Counted from the stretch's first letter, positions 1-10,363 are shown. The stretch: 64,000 nucleotides of DNA from an uncultured Actinomycetota bacterium (GCA_963770565.1 CAVYQE010000001.1:1056001-1120000); one strand, 5' to 3'. Notes: generated from the letters alone by a model not told the origin. Numbers and translations are program-made.

Positions 1-233
1 TCGATCTTCACCGCGACCGCCGCCCGGGTCGCCGACTGATGCTTCTGTTGGGCCATCCCGGTCAACGAGCAGGTCGGCCGGGCTCCGGGCGATGTGCTGG
101 TCGAGACCGAAGCCGACGGCGACGTCGTCGCGGACCCCCCAGGACTCGACGGGGTGGAGCTTCCGCTGCACCCGGCCATCGCAAGGACGGCCAGGAGGCC
201 GGTGATCGTGGTTGCGCTGCGCTTTAGCTGCAT
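1..233 (-). CDS. DUF3048/YerB-like lipoprotein, N-terminal part (truncated by window edge)
   Basis: Hand translation from ATG 233: MQLKRSATTITGLLAVLAMAGCSGSS (lipobox AMAGC), a Ser/Thr linker, then CSLTG...RAAVAVKID, resembling the DUF3048 PLTG...AVKIDN start. Overlaps the LCP stop. Not in the ORF track. Confidence 0.7.
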   Translation of the reverse strand, partial: MQLKRSATTITGLLAVLAMAGCSGSSTPSSPGGSATTSPSASVSTSTSPGARPTCSLTGMAQQKHQSATRAAVAVKI

Positions 234-1798
234 GGGTTGGTCGCCCCTGTTCGGACGGTCGGGGTCGCGGTCGATGTGGAGACCTTGACCGGTTTGACCC
301 CCGAATAGGTGGAACCCAGGATGAGCTCGATCCGGGTGCCGAGGGCGTTGGACTCGCGTTCGACCGAGCCCGGGACGGCGGCTGCAAGCGTCTTGGCGGA
401 GTCGGCCCGGCTCGGGCCATAGAGTACGACGGTCGTGGCCGGGCTGGTGCCCTTTGGCGCGTTCCCCGTGCCGCTGATCAGGAAGCCTTCCCCGGACAAC
501 GCCTGTCCGGCCGACGCCGCCAGGCCGCCGGTCGAGGTCGCGTTGAGGACCTTCACTGCGATGTCGCCCGGCGGGATGGTGAGCCGCTGCGGCCGGGTCA
601 CGTTCGTGATCGACTTGTCAGCGGTGAAGTCGTGGAACAGCCGCTTGGACAGGACCGGGTCCCACTTGACCGCGGATCCCACCGGCGTCGCGAGGGCGGT
701 ATTGGACAGCGGCACGGTGAGCAGGTTGACGTTCTTGGGCGACATCGAGTGCAGCGTCGACGCCAGCCGGAGGATCTGCGCCGTACCCAGCCCCTTGTCG
801 GTGGTCAGCGACCCGGCCACGCTCTTGAGGAAGCCGTCCAGCTTGGGCAGGTTGAGCAGTACGCCGGCACTCTCGGCCTTGTCGAGCATCGCGCTCATGA
901 ACTTCTGCTGGCGCTGGATCCGGCCGAGGTCACCTTGCGCCGGGTCGAACTCGCGGGCCCGGACGTACTCGAGCGCACTGGTGCCGTTCAGGTGACTGGT
1001 GCCGGCCGGGAGCTTCAGCCCGCTGCCGACGTAGCCGCCGGTCGCCGAGTCGAAGTGGACCGGGTCATTGATCGCCTTGGCGTTGCAGACGTTCACCCCG
1101 CCGAGGGCCTGCACCATGTTGACGAAGCCGAGGAAGTTGATCTCGATGTAGTGGTCGATCCGGACGTGGGTGTTGTATTCGACGGTCTGGATCGTGAGCT
1201 GCGCGCCGCCGAGAGAGTAGGCCGCGTTCAGCTTGTTCATCTGGGCCGGCACCTCGTGGCCGTGGGAGCGGTGCGCGGGGATCGTGACGTAGGAGTCGCG
1301 CGGCAGGCTGACCATGTCGGCCTTGCCGCCGCCGGCCGGGATGTGCAGCAGGATCATCGTGTCGGAGCGCTGCCCGGCGTCGTGACCGACGTGCAGGTTC
1401 TTCTGCTGCGCCTTGGTCAACCCGGCCCGGCTGTCCGAACCGACGATCAGGATGTTGAGGTCACCGATCGCCCCGCCGGTCGGCCGGGATCCGGACGGGA
1501 ACGGGTTGATCTTGTGGATCTTGTCCAGGATGGACAGTCCGGCGAGCGCGGCGAGTCCGACCACCAGCACCATGACCGCGGCCATCACTCCCGCGATCGT
1601 GGCGATCATCCGCTTGCGCGACCACTCGCGGAAGCCGCGCAGGCCCCGGCGGCGCCCCGGCGGGCCGGGCGGTTTCGGGGGCTGACCGGGCCGGCCGGGT
1701 CGACTGCGCGACGGTGGCCGGCGTGGATCAAGCTCGGGTGGCAGGGTCCGGGTGGCCGTTTCCCCACCATGCGGCGGCCCGTCGTACGTTCCGCTCAC
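224..1798 (-). CDS. LCP (LytR-CpsA-Psr) family protein with LytR C-terminal domain
   Basis: TM helix, NILIVGSDSR, RSDTMILLH, SLPRDS, DLGRIQRQQ, then VKVLNAT LytR_C-type tail. Confidence 0.93.
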   Translation of the reverse strand: MSGTYDGPPHGGETATRTLPPELDPRRPPSRSRPGRPGQPPKPPGPPGRRRGLRGFREWSRKRMIATIAGVMAAVMVLVVGLAALAGLSILDKIHKINPFPSGSRPTGGAIGDLNILIVGSDSRAGLTKAQQKNLHVGHDAGQRSDTMILLHIPAGGGKADMVSLPRDSYVTIPAHRSHGHEVPAQMNKLNAAYSLGGAQLTIQTVEYNTHVRIDHYIEINFLGFVNMVQALGGVNVCNAKAINDPVHFDSATGGYVGSGLKLPAGTSHLNGTSALEYVRAREFDPAQGDLGRIQRQQKFMSAMLDKAESAGVLLNLPKLDGFLKSVAGSLTTDKGLGTAQILRLASTLHSMSPKNVNLLTVPLSNTALATPVGSAVKWDPVLSKRLFHDFTADKSITNVTRPQRLTIPPGDIAVKVLNATSTGGLAASAGQALSGEGFLISGTGNAPKGTSPATTVVLYGPSRADSAKTLAAAVPGSVERESNALGTRIELILGSTYSGVKPVKVSTSTATPTVRTGATNPCS

Positions 1799-1902
1799 GT
1801 GCTGGAACCTCCGACGATAGGGACATATGGGGCCGACCCGGTATCGATGCTAGGTGAGTGGCCCGCGATCGGCCGGGATGCCACGCGGTAGCGTGCCGCG
1901 CG

Positions 1903-2886
1903 ATGGCACGCACACAATCCGGGCCCGGGCCGGCCGTCTCGGTCATCCTGACGGTGCTCAACGAGGAGCGCCACCTGCGCGCGGCGGTCGGCTCCGTGCT
2001 CGCTCAGGACTACCCGGCCGAGCTCGAGGTCGTGCTCGCGCTCGGTCCCTCGCGGGACCACTCCGATGCGGTCGCGAAGGAGCTCGCCGCGGACCCTCGG
2101 GTGATCCTGGTCGCCAATCCCACCGGCCGGACGCCGAACGGGCTCAACCTTGCGGTCGCGGCGAGCCGGTTCCCGGTGGTGGCCCGGGTCGACGGGCATT
2201 CGGTCATCCCGCCGGACTACCTGCGCAACGCGGTGGAGGTACTCGAGCGGACCGGTGCGGACAACGTCGGCGGGCTGATGTCGGCCCGCGGCGTGACGAC
2301 CATCGAGCAGGCGATCGCGACCGCGATGACGAGCAAGCTCGGCGTCGGCAACGCGCCGTTCCACGTCGGCGGCACGGAGGGTCAGGCCGACACGGTCTAT
2401 CTGGGGGTATTCCGCCGCAGCGCCCTGGACCGGGTCGGCGGGTACGACGAGACCTTCACCCGGGCCCAGGACTGGGAGATGAACTACCGGATCCGGGCGT
2501 CGGGCGGACTGGTTTGGTTCTCGCCGACGCTGTCGGTGTCCTACCGCCCGCGGCACTCGCTCGCGGCGCTGGCCCGGCAGTATTTCCACTACGGGCGCTG
2601 GCGTCGCCAAGTGATGCGCGCTCATCCGGGTTCGGTCAACCTTCGCTATCTGGCCCCGCCTGCGGCGGTGCTGGGTGTTGTTGCGGGTCTCGTTCTCTCA
2701 ACGTTTCTGTCGGTCTGGGCGTTGACTGCGCCGGCGGCTTATCTCCTGCTCGATGTCGTGGGCTCGCTGGTGATCGGCCGCCGGCTGCCCTGGCGGGCCT
2801 GGCTCGCGCTGCCGGTGGTCATCGCGACCATGCACATGGCCTGGGGCGTCGGCTTTTTGTCGGCCTGGCGCCGGCCGCCGAGCTAG
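1903..2886 (+). CDS. Glycosyltransferase family 2
   Basis: VSVILTVLNEE, RVDGH, QDWEMNYR, QYFHYGRWRR, C-terminal TM helices. ATG 1903 chosen. Confidence 0.9.
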   Translation: MARTQSGPGPAVSVILTVLNEERHLRAAVGSVLAQDYPAELEVVLALGPSRDHSDAVAKELAADPRVILVANPTGRTPNGLNLAVAASRFPVVARVDGHSVIPPDYLRNAVEVLERTGADNVGGLMSARGVTTIEQAIATAMTSKLGVGNAPFHVGGTEGQADTVYLGVFRRSALDRVGGYDETFTRAQDWEMNYRIRASGGLVWFSPTLSVSYRPRHSLAALARQYFHYGRWRRQVMRAHPGSVNLRYLAPPAAVLGVVAGLVLSTFLSVWALTAPAAYLLLDVVGSLVIGRRLPWRAWLALPVVIATMHMAWGVGFLSAWRRPPS

Positions 2887-2902
2887 AGCTTCGATCGATC
2901 GG

Positions 2903-4423
2903 CTAGCTGAGACATCCTTCGTTGCTGGCCGTGGTGGGGTTGATTCCGGACTGCGACGGCGCGGCGCTGATCTTGACCGGGACCACGGACGTGTAGTTGC
3001 TGCCGACGATCACCGTGATGGTGTCGCCGGCGGACAGGTTGTTGGTGCTGGTCGCGCCGGTAATCGAGGCGGTGACGGTCTGTGACGACTGGACCTTGTC
3101 GCTGCCGTACTCAACCGTGGTCGTGGCGTAGCCGGTGTTCGGGGCCTTCCCGACGCTGACGATGTGGAAGCCCTGCGCGGCGAGCGCGTTGGCGACCGTG
3201 TGCCCGAGGCGCTTCTGGGTGGTGCCGTTCTCGACGATCACGTTGATCGCGCTCGGCGCGATGGTGAGCGTCGGACCACTGGCCCGTGCCGCCTTTGCGC
3301 TGCCCGGGATCGGCTTGTCGTGCCGGATCGCGTTCCAAAGCTTCGCGGACTTGACCGGATCCCACGCCACGTCCGCGGTCGGGACGCCAGGCGGCAAGGT
3401 CGTCGCGAGCGGGACGGTCAGGATCTGGATCCCGCCCGGGCCGACGCCGTGGATCGCCTTCGCGAGCTTGATCATCTCCCGCAGGCCGAACCCGTCGGTC
3501 TGCAGTGACTTGGTCCCGGCGTTGATGACCCGGGCCAGCTTGAGCGGATCGAGCAGGAGGCCGGTGCTGAAGGCCTTGCGAATGACCGCGCCGATGAACT
3601 CCTGTTGCCGCTTGATCCGAGGCAGGTCGCCGCCGCCGTCGAGGGCGTAGCGGGCCCGCATCAGCGCCAGCGCCTGGGTACCGTCGATCTCGACGCTCTG
3701 GCCGGCCGGCAGATTGAGGCCGCTGCCGTGGTAGCCGGAGGCGTCGTGGACGATCGGATCCTGCAGCGGCTCGGCCACGCACATCCGGATGCCGCCGAGC
3801 GCGTCGACCACCTTCTCGAAACCGATGAAGTTGATCACGGCGTAGTGGTCGATGTGGACGTGGGTGAGCTTCTCGACCGTCGCGATCGTGCAGCTCGGCG
3901 CGTACTTCGGGCCGGCCTGCTCGCCGATCGAGAACGCCTCGTTGAACTTCCCGACGGTCGGTGCCGACTTCTGGCCGTTCGGCCCGATCACGCAGGCCGG
4001 GATCTGGACGTAGGAGTCACGCGGGATGCTGACCATGGTGGCCTTGCGGTCACCGGCGGACAGGTGCAGCAGGATCGTGGTGTCGGACCGGGCGCCCTGG
4101 ATGTCGTTGCCGCCGGTGCCTTTTCCGCTCGCGCCGGCGCGGCTGTCCGAGCCCATCAACAGGAAGTTCTCCGCATTGGCCACGATCTTGGTGGCCGTGA
4201 TACCCGATCCGGGGCCGGTGTCGACCACGATCGGATCGGTGGTGATCTGCCCGAAATAGTGCCGATAAAGGAGGTATCCGCCGCCGCCGACGAGCACCAG
4301 AAGGACGGCGAGGGAGATCGACGTCCACTTCAGGACCCGCCTCCAGCGTTGCGGAGGACGCGGTTGCGCGGACGCCAGGGGCGTCGTCACCGAAAGGTTG
4401 CTCCTTGTTCGACGGCTGGTCAC
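2903..4423 (-). CDS. LCP family protein with LytR C-terminal domain
   Basis: NFLLMGSDSR, RSDTTILLH, SIPRDS, GDLPRIKRQQ. Start may be somewhat downstream. Confidence 0.93.
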   Translation of the reverse strand: MTSRRTRSNLSVTTPLASAQPRPPQRWRRVLKWTSISLAVLLVLVGGGGYLLYRHYFGQITTDPIVVDTGPGSGITATKIVANAENFLLMGSDSRAGASGKGTGGNDIQGARSDTTILLHLSAGDRKATMVSIPRDSYVQIPACVIGPNGQKSAPTVGKFNEAFSIGEQAGPKYAPSCTIATVEKLTHVHIDHYAVINFIGFEKVVDALGGIRMCVAEPLQDPIVHDASGYHGSGLNLPAGQSVEIDGTQALALMRARYALDGGGDLPRIKRQQEFIGAVIRKAFSTGLLLDPLKLARVINAGTKSLQTDGFGLREMIKLAKAIHGVGPGGIQILTVPLATTLPPGVPTADVAWDPVKSAKLWNAIRHDKPIPGSAKAARASGPTLTIAPSAINVIVENGTTQKRLGHTVANALAAQGFHIVSVGKAPNTGYATTTVEYGSDKVQSSQTVTASITGATSTNNLSAGDTITVIVGSNYTSVVPVKISAAPSQSGINPTTASNEGCLS

Positions 4424-4447
4424 CCGGCCGATGAATTCACAGGATAG

Positions 4448-6118
4448 GTGCCGTTTGCTGAGGAGACGCTGAAGGGCCCGCGGCGGTTGGCTCGTGGCGC
4501 GCGGTGGCGCGCCCGGTCTCGGACATTGCGGTCAAGACGCCGTATGGTTGGGACGATTGTGACTGGTGTGACACGTTCCTTCCCGCGCCGGCGACGCCTC
4601 GCGGCCGGTTCCCTCGGCGCAGGTCTGGCCGGCCTCGCGATCGTCCCGATGGTCCTCGTGCCCGCTGCGCCGGCTGCTGCGACACCCGTGCACGGCGCGA
4701 ATGGGGCCCTGGCCCGGCACGAGGTCTACCCGGTGCCGCCCGGCGGCGTCTACACGATCCACGGGCGTGGAAACGGACATGGCCACGGCATGTCGCAATG
4801 GGGCGCGATGGGCGCCGCCAGGGTCGACCACCTGTCGGTCAACCAGATCCTGCACTTCTACTACCCGACCACGACGCTGGCGACCCGGTCGACGAAGCGG
4901 ACGATCCGGGTCCTGCTCACTGCCGTCGACGCGCCCGCGCGCGGCTACGTGCAGGTCAGCCCGGCGCTCGGGCTGGCCCTCACCCCGGCCGGCGGGAAGC
5001 CGTCGGTGCTGCCCACCAAGACCACGACCCATCACGCCATCACCGGCTGGCGGCTGCAGCACAGCGGTGCCTCGATCGTGTTGCGCAACCTGTCGTCCGG
5101 GGCCTGGCACACCACGAAGAGGCTCGGGACCGGCGCGACCTTCACCGACACCGCGCAGCAGATCCCGGTCAGCACCCCCGGCGGGCCGATCAGCTATCGC
5201 GGCTCGATCGTGGGCGAGCTCGAGTCGGGCTCGATGGAGGCGGTCAACGTCGTCGACATCGAGCAGTACCTGCTCTCGGTGGTGCCGTCGGAGATGCCGT
5301 CGGGCTGGCCCGCCGCAACACTGCAGGCGCAGGCAGTCGCGGCGCGGACCTACGCCCGGCACGGCCTGAGTGATCCGAAGACCAGCTGGTACGACGTCGA
5401 CGGCGACACCCGTGACCAGGCCTATGGCGGAGTCGGGGTGGAGACGCCTCGGGCCACCAACGCGGTCGAGGCCACCGCGGGCGAGACCATCGTCGACCGC
5501 CACGGCCACGCGGTGCTCGCGCAGTACGCCTCGGCCGACGGCGGTTGGACGGTGTCCGGCGGCGTGCCCTACCTTCCGGCCGAAGCCGATCCATACGACG
5601 GCGCGGTGGCCAACTCCGACCATGCCTGGACCAGGTCGGTGTCGGCCAGCACGCTCGAGTCGGCGTACCCGCAGCTCGGGACCTTGTCGGAGATCGAGAT
5701 CACCGGTCGTGACGGCGACGGGGCGTGGGGCGGCCGGGTCACCACATTGACGCTGGTCGGCAGTAAGGCGGCGGTGCAGCTCACCGGGACCGACCTGCAG
5801 GCAACGCTTGGGTTCGGCAGCACCTGGTTCCGGCCGACCCCGCTGCCGGCCGCGCCGTCGAAGCTGACCGCCAAGGCGTCCGGCCAGACCGTGACCGCGA
5901 CCTGGGCCGCGCCGGCGTCGGTGTCGGGGGCGGCGGCGGTCACCGGCTACCGGTTCACGCTGACACCGGGCGGCCACCACCAGAGCCTCAAACCGACCGT
6001 GCTCAAGGCCTCCGTCGCGAAGCTCGCCGCCGGCACCTACACGGTGAGCGTCGTGGCGGTGAGCAAGGCCGGCAACAGCCCGGCCGCGACCACCACGGTC
6101 AAGGTCACGGCCGGTTGA
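4448..6118 (+). CDS. SpoIID/LytB-domain peptidoglycan hydrolase with C-terminal FN3 domain
   Basis: GRGNGHGHGMSQWGA, EQYLLSVVPSEMP, AQAVAARTYA, and FN3-like APSKL...W..P...GY...YTVSVVAV. Start uncertain (4448-4560). Confidence 0.88.
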   Translation: MPFAEETLKGPRRLARGARWRARSRTLRSRRRMVGTIVTGVTRSFPRRRRLAAGSLGAGLAGLAIVPMVLVPAAPAAATPVHGANGALARHEVYPVPPGGVYTIHGRGNGHGHGMSQWGAMGAARVDHLSVNQILHFYYPTTTLATRSTKRTIRVLLTAVDAPARGYVQVSPALGLALTPAGGKPSVLPTKTTTHHAITGWRLQHSGASIVLRNLSSGAWHTTKRLGTGATFTDTAQQIPVSTPGGPISYRGSIVGELESGSMEAVNVVDIEQYLLSVVPSEMPSGWPAATLQAQAVAARTYARHGLSDPKTSWYDVDGDTRDQAYGGVGVETPRATNAVEATAGETIVDRHGHAVLAQYASADGGWTVSGGVPYLPAEADPYDGAVANSDHAWTRSVSASTLESAYPQLGTLSEIEITGRDGDGAWGGRVTTLTLVGSKAAVQLTGTDLQATLGFGSTWFRPTPLPAAPSKLTAKASGQTVTATWAAPASVSGAAAVTGYRFTLTPGGHHQSLKPTVLKASVAKLAAGTYTVSVVAVSKAGNSPAATTTVKVTAG

Positions 6119-6125
6119 TGGGGCG

Positions 6126-7073
6126 TTAGTTCCGCCCGAGCCGTCCGGACTGATAGTCCTCGACGGCCTGCAGCACTTCGGCCTTGGTGTTCATCACGAA
6201 CGGGCCCATCCAGGCCACCGGCTCGCGGATCGGTGCTCCACCGAGCAGGATGACGTCGAGCCCGGCGGCGTACCGGGCGTCCTGGCCGGGAGCTGCGCCG
6301 ACCGTGACGCTCTCGCCCGGCCCGAACACCGCCAGCTGGCCGGTCTCGATGTCTACCGCCTCGGCGCCGACCGTGCCGCGGCCGGCGAGGACGTAGGCGA
6401 GCGCGTTGAAGTCGGCCCGCCACGGCAGCGTCAACGATGCACCGGGCGCGACGGTCGCGTGCACCATCGTCATCGGCGTGTACGTCGACCCCGGGCCGGC
6501 GTGCCCGTCGACCTCGCCCGCGATCACCCGGACCAGCGATCCGGCGTCCGGCGAGGTGAGGAGCGCGACCTGGCCGCTGCGTAAGTCCTGGTAGCGCGGG
6601 GCGACGAGCTTCTGCGCGCGCGGCAGGTTGACCCACAGCTGGATCCCGTGGAAGAGCCCGCCGCTCGCCACCAGCGCCTCCGGTGGCTTCTCGATGTGCA
6701 GGATGCCGCCGCCGGCGGTCATCCACTGCGTGTCGCCGTTGGTGATCACGCCGCCGCCGCCGTTGGAGTCCTGGTGCTCGAAGGTGCCGTCGATGATGTA
6801 GGTGACGGTCTCGAACCCGCGGTGCGGGTGCCAGGACGTGCCCTTCGCCTCGCCCGGGGAGTATTCGACCTCGCCCATCTGATCCATGTGGACGAACGGG
6901 TCGAGGTCGGCAAGGTCGACGCCGGCGAACGCGCGTCGGACCGGGAAGCCCTCGCCTTCATAGCCGCTCGGGGCCCGGGTCAGGCTCTTGACCGGGCGCG
7001 GGGCGGCCGTCGTGGGCTCGATCGACGTCACCCGGGTGAGGGTGGACAGGTCGTCGACGGTGACAGCGGGCAT
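6126..7073 (-). CDS. Pirin family protein
   Basis: DPFVHMD, WHPHRGFETVTY, QWMTAGGGILHIE, QLWVNLP, GPFVMNT. ATG 7073 with GGAGG SD. Confidence 0.93.
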   Translation of the reverse strand: MPAVTVDDLSTLTRVTSIEPTTAAPRPVKSLTRAPSGYEGEGFPVRRAFAGVDLADLDPFVHMDQMGEVEYSPGEAKGTSWHPHRGFETVTYIIDGTFEHQDSNGGGGVITNGDTQWMTAGGGILHIEKPPEALVASGGLFHGIQLWVNLPRAQKLVAPRYQDLRSGQVALLTSPDAGSLVRVIAGEVDGHAGPGSTYTPMTMVHATVAPGASLTLPWRADFNALAYVLAGRGTVGAEAVDIETGQLAVFGPGESVTVGAAPGQDARYAAGLDVILLGGAPIREPVAWMGPFVMNTKAEVLQAVEDYQSGRLGRN

Positions 7074-7125
7074 CGTGCGCCTCCGGTAGGGACGTCGTTG
7101 AACAGATCGATTGCCTCCACAACAT

Positions 7126-7144
7126 AATTGTGGACGCAACAATT
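7126..7144. promoter_or_regulatory. Small AT-rich inverted repeat (AATTGT-N7-ACAATT), possible repressor operator upstream of pirin
   Basis: Sequence aattgt ggacgca acaatt in the divergent pirin/acyl-CoA dehydrogenase intergenic region. Confidence 0.4.
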
Positions 7145-7186
7145 CCGGGTGATCGGTGGCCGAGGTGTCGGGGCGTGCGGCGAAAC

Positions 7187-7200
7187 TGAAACCTGTTCTA
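7187..7200. promoter_or_regulatory. KstR operator (TnnAACnnGTTnnA)
   Basis: TGAAACCTGTTCTA matches the KstR consensus exactly and abuts a TAGTAT -10-like box (7199-7204) upstream of a FadE34-type gene. Confidence 0.8.
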
Positions 7201-7202
7201 GT

Positions 7203-9317
7203 ATGACCGGCGTGCGCCCGTCCGCGCTCGCCGGATCAGACGAGCAAGCTGCACTCGCCGACGCGGTCAGCGGCTTCGCCGAGCGGGCCGGCCTGACGCA
7301 GCAAGCCCGGGCCACGCTCGACCAGGACCTCGATCGGCTTCCACCCGGCTGGCCGGCGCTGGCCGATCAAGAACTGCTGGCGCTGCCGTGGGATGCCCAC
7401 GTCGTCGAGACCTGCGTCGCACTCGAGGTGCTCGGCCGGGCGGTCGCGCCGGGACCGGTCCTGCCCACCATGCTCGCCGGGTTGCTGATCGCCAGGTTCG
7501 GATCGGCGGAATTCGCGGCCAAGGTCGAGGCGGCCGCTCGGGACGGCAGCTTCTCGGCGGCGGTCAGCATCAACGGCCAGCTCCTCGGCGGTGCGGATGT
7601 GAGCACGGTCGTGCTGCCGGTCGATGGCGTTTGGTACGCCGTCGACGCGGCCGGCCTGGCGCTGACCTCGACGCCGGGAATCGACCCGAGCCGCCGGATC
7701 GCGGTCGCTACCGTCGCTCCGAGCGCCGCGGCCGACCGGGCCCTCACCGGCCTGACCGATGCCACGGTCGAGGCCTACGCGGTGGTACTTCTCGCCGCCG
7801 AAGCGGCGGGCGTCGCGTCGTGGTGCGTCGACACCGCGGTCGCCTACGCGAAGGTGCGCGAGCAGTTCGGGCAGCCGATCGGGGCGTTCCAGGCGGTCAA
7901 GCATCGGTGCGCGGACATGCTGTGCGATCTCGAGCTGGCCCGCGCCGCCGCGTGGGATGCGGCCACCGCACTCGACGATCCCGACACCGACGACCCGGCG
8001 CGGTCGCTCGCCGTTGTGGTCGCGGCCGCGGTCGCCCCGCAGGCCGCGGTCGATGTCGCGAAGAGCCTGATCCAGGTGCTCGGCGGGATCGGCTTCACCT
8101 GGGAGCACGACGCGCACCTCTACCTCAAACGTGCGCTGGCCGCCCGCCAGCTGCTCGGCGGCACCGGCGGGTGGCATCGCCGCGCCGCGGACCTCGCCCG
8201 CACCGGCGTACGACGGCACCACGCGGTCGAGCTCGGCGCGGCCGCCGAACCGATCCGAGCCGAGGTCCGGGAGTTCGTGGCCGGCCTCGACGGGCTCGAC
8301 CCGACGGCGGCCCGAGTGGCGATCGCCGATGCCGGCTATCTCGTGCCGCACTGGCCGGCGCCGTACGGCCGGGCCGCCGGTCCGGTCGAGCAACTGGTGA
8401 TCGACGAGGAGTTCGCGCGGGCCGGTGTGGCCCGGCCCGATCTGGTGATCGGCAGCTGGGCGTTGTCGACGATCCTCGCGCACGGCACGGACGAGCAACG
8501 GGCCCGGTTTGCGCCACCCACGCTGTACGGCGAGATCAGCTGGTGCCAGATGTTCAGCGAGCCGGGCGCCGGGTCGGACCTGGCCGCGCTGCAGACCGCC
8601 GCGGTCCGGGTCGACGGTGGCTGGTCGCTGACCGGACAGAAGGTGTGGACGTCACAGGCGCAGGTTGCGGACTGGGCGATCTGCCTGGCCCGCACCTCGA
8701 GCAGCCCGAACCGGCACGACGGGATCACCTACTTCCTGGTCGACATGCGCACGGGAGGTATCGACGTCCGCCCGCTCCGTGAGCTGACGGGCGACGCGAT
8801 GTTCAACGAGATCTTTCTGACCGACGTCTTCGTGCCCGACGACTGCGTGGTCGGCGAGGTCGACGGCGGCTGGCGACTGGCCAGGACCACGTTGGCCAAC
8901 GAGCGGGTCGCGATGAGCAGCGGCGCGGCCTTCCCGTCCGGGGTCGAAGAGGTGCTCGGCGCGCTTGCCCGCAGCAGCGAACCCGACGATCCGGCCGAGC
9001 TGGCCCGGGTCGGTGCGCTCGTGTGCGCGGCGCAGGCCGACGCGATGCTCGGCGTGCGGGCCACGCTCGCCCGGGTCTCCGGCGTCGATCCCGGCGCGGT
9101 GTCGAGCGTGCGCAAGCTGGTCGGCATGCACCTGCGGCAGGACGCCTCGGAGCTGGCGCTCGAGCTGCTCGGCCCGGCCGCGACCGGCGTGACCGACGCT
9201 CCGACCAACTGGGCGCTGCGGCGGTTCCTCGGCAACCGCGCTCTCACGATCGCCGGCGGCACCAGCGAGGTGCTGCACAACGTGATCGGCGAGCGGATCC
9301 TCGGGCTGCCGCGATGA
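7203..9317 (+). CDS. Fused two-module acyl-CoA dehydrogenase (FadE34/ChsE3-like architecture)
   Basis: Two ACAD modules: REQFGQPIGAFQAVKH/GGIGFTWEHDAHLY, then WCQMFSEPGAGSDLA, GQKVWTS, TIAGGTSEV. Start ATG 7203 or leaderless GTG 7212. Confidence 0.9.
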   Translation: MTGVRPSALAGSDEQAALADAVSGFAERAGLTQQARATLDQDLDRLPPGWPALADQELLALPWDAHVVETCVALEVLGRAVAPGPVLPTMLAGLLIARFGSAEFAAKVEAAARDGSFSAAVSINGQLLGGADVSTVVLPVDGVWYAVDAAGLALTSTPGIDPSRRIAVATVAPSAAADRALTGLTDATVEAYAVVLLAAEAAGVASWCVDTAVAYAKVREQFGQPIGAFQAVKHRCADMLCDLELARAAAWDAATALDDPDTDDPARSLAVVVAAAVAPQAAVDVAKSLIQVLGGIGFTWEHDAHLYLKRALAARQLLGGTGGWHRRAADLARTGVRRHHAVELGAAAEPIRAEVREFVAGLDGLDPTAARVAIADAGYLVPHWPAPYGRAAGPVEQLVIDEEFARAGVARPDLVIGSWALSTILAHGTDEQRARFAPPTLYGEISWCQMFSEPGAGSDLAALQTAAVRVDGGWSLTGQKVWTSQAQVADWAICLARTSSSPNRHDGITYFLVDMRTGGIDVRPLRELTGDAMFNEIFLTDVFVPDDCVVGEVDGGWRLARTTLANERVAMSSGAAFPSGVEEVLGALARSSEPDDPAELARVGALVCAAQADAMLGVRATLARVSGVDPGAVSSVRKLVGMHLRQDASELALELLGPAATGVTDAPTNWALRRFLGNRALTIAGGTSEVLHNVIGERILGLPR

Positions 9318-9342
9318 GCGGGCGCTGGATGAGTGGGCACTG

Positions 9343-10356
9343 ATGGTCCAGGACCTGCGACTCGGGCTGATGCTCGGTTACTGGGGCGCGAACCCCGACG
9401 ACGCGACTGACAGCGTGCGGGCGGCCGAGGACGTCGGCTTCGACTCGGTGTGGACCGCCGAGGCCTATGGCTCCGACGCGTTCACCCCGCTGACCTGGTA
9501 CGCCGCGCGCACGTCCCGGATCAAGCTCGGCACCGGCATCGTGCAGATGTCGGCGCGGACTCCGGCTGCGACCGCGATGAGTGCGGCGACGCTCGACGCG
9601 CTCTCCGGCGGCCGGCTCAGCCTCGGCCTCGGCGTGTCCGGACCGCAGGTGGTCGAGGGGTGGTACGGCGTACCGTTCCCGAAGCCGTTGGAGCGGACCC
9701 GCGACTACGTCGAGATCGTGCGGTCGGTGTGGCGGCGCGACGTGGTGAGCAGTGCCAGTGAGCACTACCCGCTGCCGTATCCCGGCGGGACCGGGCTCGG
9801 CAAGTCGATCAAGCTCACCCTGCATCCGGTGCGCGAGCGGATCCCGATCCTGCTCGGGGCCGAGGGCCCGAAGAACGTCGCGCTGGCGACCGAGATCGCC
9901 GATGGCTGGCTGCCGATCTTCTTCCACGCCGAGCGCGGCGCCGAGGTGTACGCCGAGGCGCTGTCGGGTGCACCCGAAGGCTTCGAGGTCTGCTGCCCCG
10001 TCACGGTCGTCGTCAACGACGACGTCGACGCGGCGCGCGAGGTGGTCAAGTGGACGTTGGCCTTCTACATCGGCGGGATGGGCGCGGCGAATCTCAACTT
10101 CCATCTCAACGTGATCGGCCGGTTCGGGTACGCCGACGCGGCCGCGCAGGTGCAGCAGCTGTTCATGTCCGGCGACCGCGAGGCGGCGATGCGTGCCGTG
10201 CCCGACGACCTCGCAGACGGGATCGCACTGTGCGGTCCGCTGGACCGGATCCGGGAGCGGCTCGAGCTATGGCGGGCCGGTCCGGTGACCACGATGCTCG
10301 TCGGCGGCGTACGGGATCCGGCCCACCTCGCGGCGCTCGCCGACCTGGTCCGCTGA
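9343..10356 (+). CDS. LLM-class F420-dependent oxidoreductase (Rv3520c-like)
   Basis: WTAEAYGSDA, GLGVSGPQVVEGWYG, GAEGPKNV, FYIGGMG. Confidence 0.9.
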   Translation: MVQDLRLGLMLGYWGANPDDATDSVRAAEDVGFDSVWTAEAYGSDAFTPLTWYAARTSRIKLGTGIVQMSARTPAATAMSAATLDALSGGRLSLGLGVSGPQVVEGWYGVPFPKPLERTRDYVEIVRSVWRRDVVSSASEHYPLPYPGGTGLGKSIKLTLHPVRERIPILLGAEGPKNVALATEIADGWLPIFFHAERGAEVYAEALSGAPEGFEVCCPVTVVVNDDVDAAREVVKWTLAFYIGGMGAANLNFHLNVIGRFGYADAAAQVQQLFMSGDREAAMRAVPDDLADGIALCGPLDRIRERLELWRAGPVTTMLVGGVRDPAHLAALADLVR

Positions 10357-10363
10357 GCGGGAC

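Noticed and set aside
212-1891. Long antisense and alternative-frame ORFs (e.g. 212-1891, 45310-47175, 45467-47329, 38607-40103)
   Set aside because: Shadow ORFs typical of high-GC DNA, Arg/Gly/Pro-rich, overlapping genes with clear family motifs.
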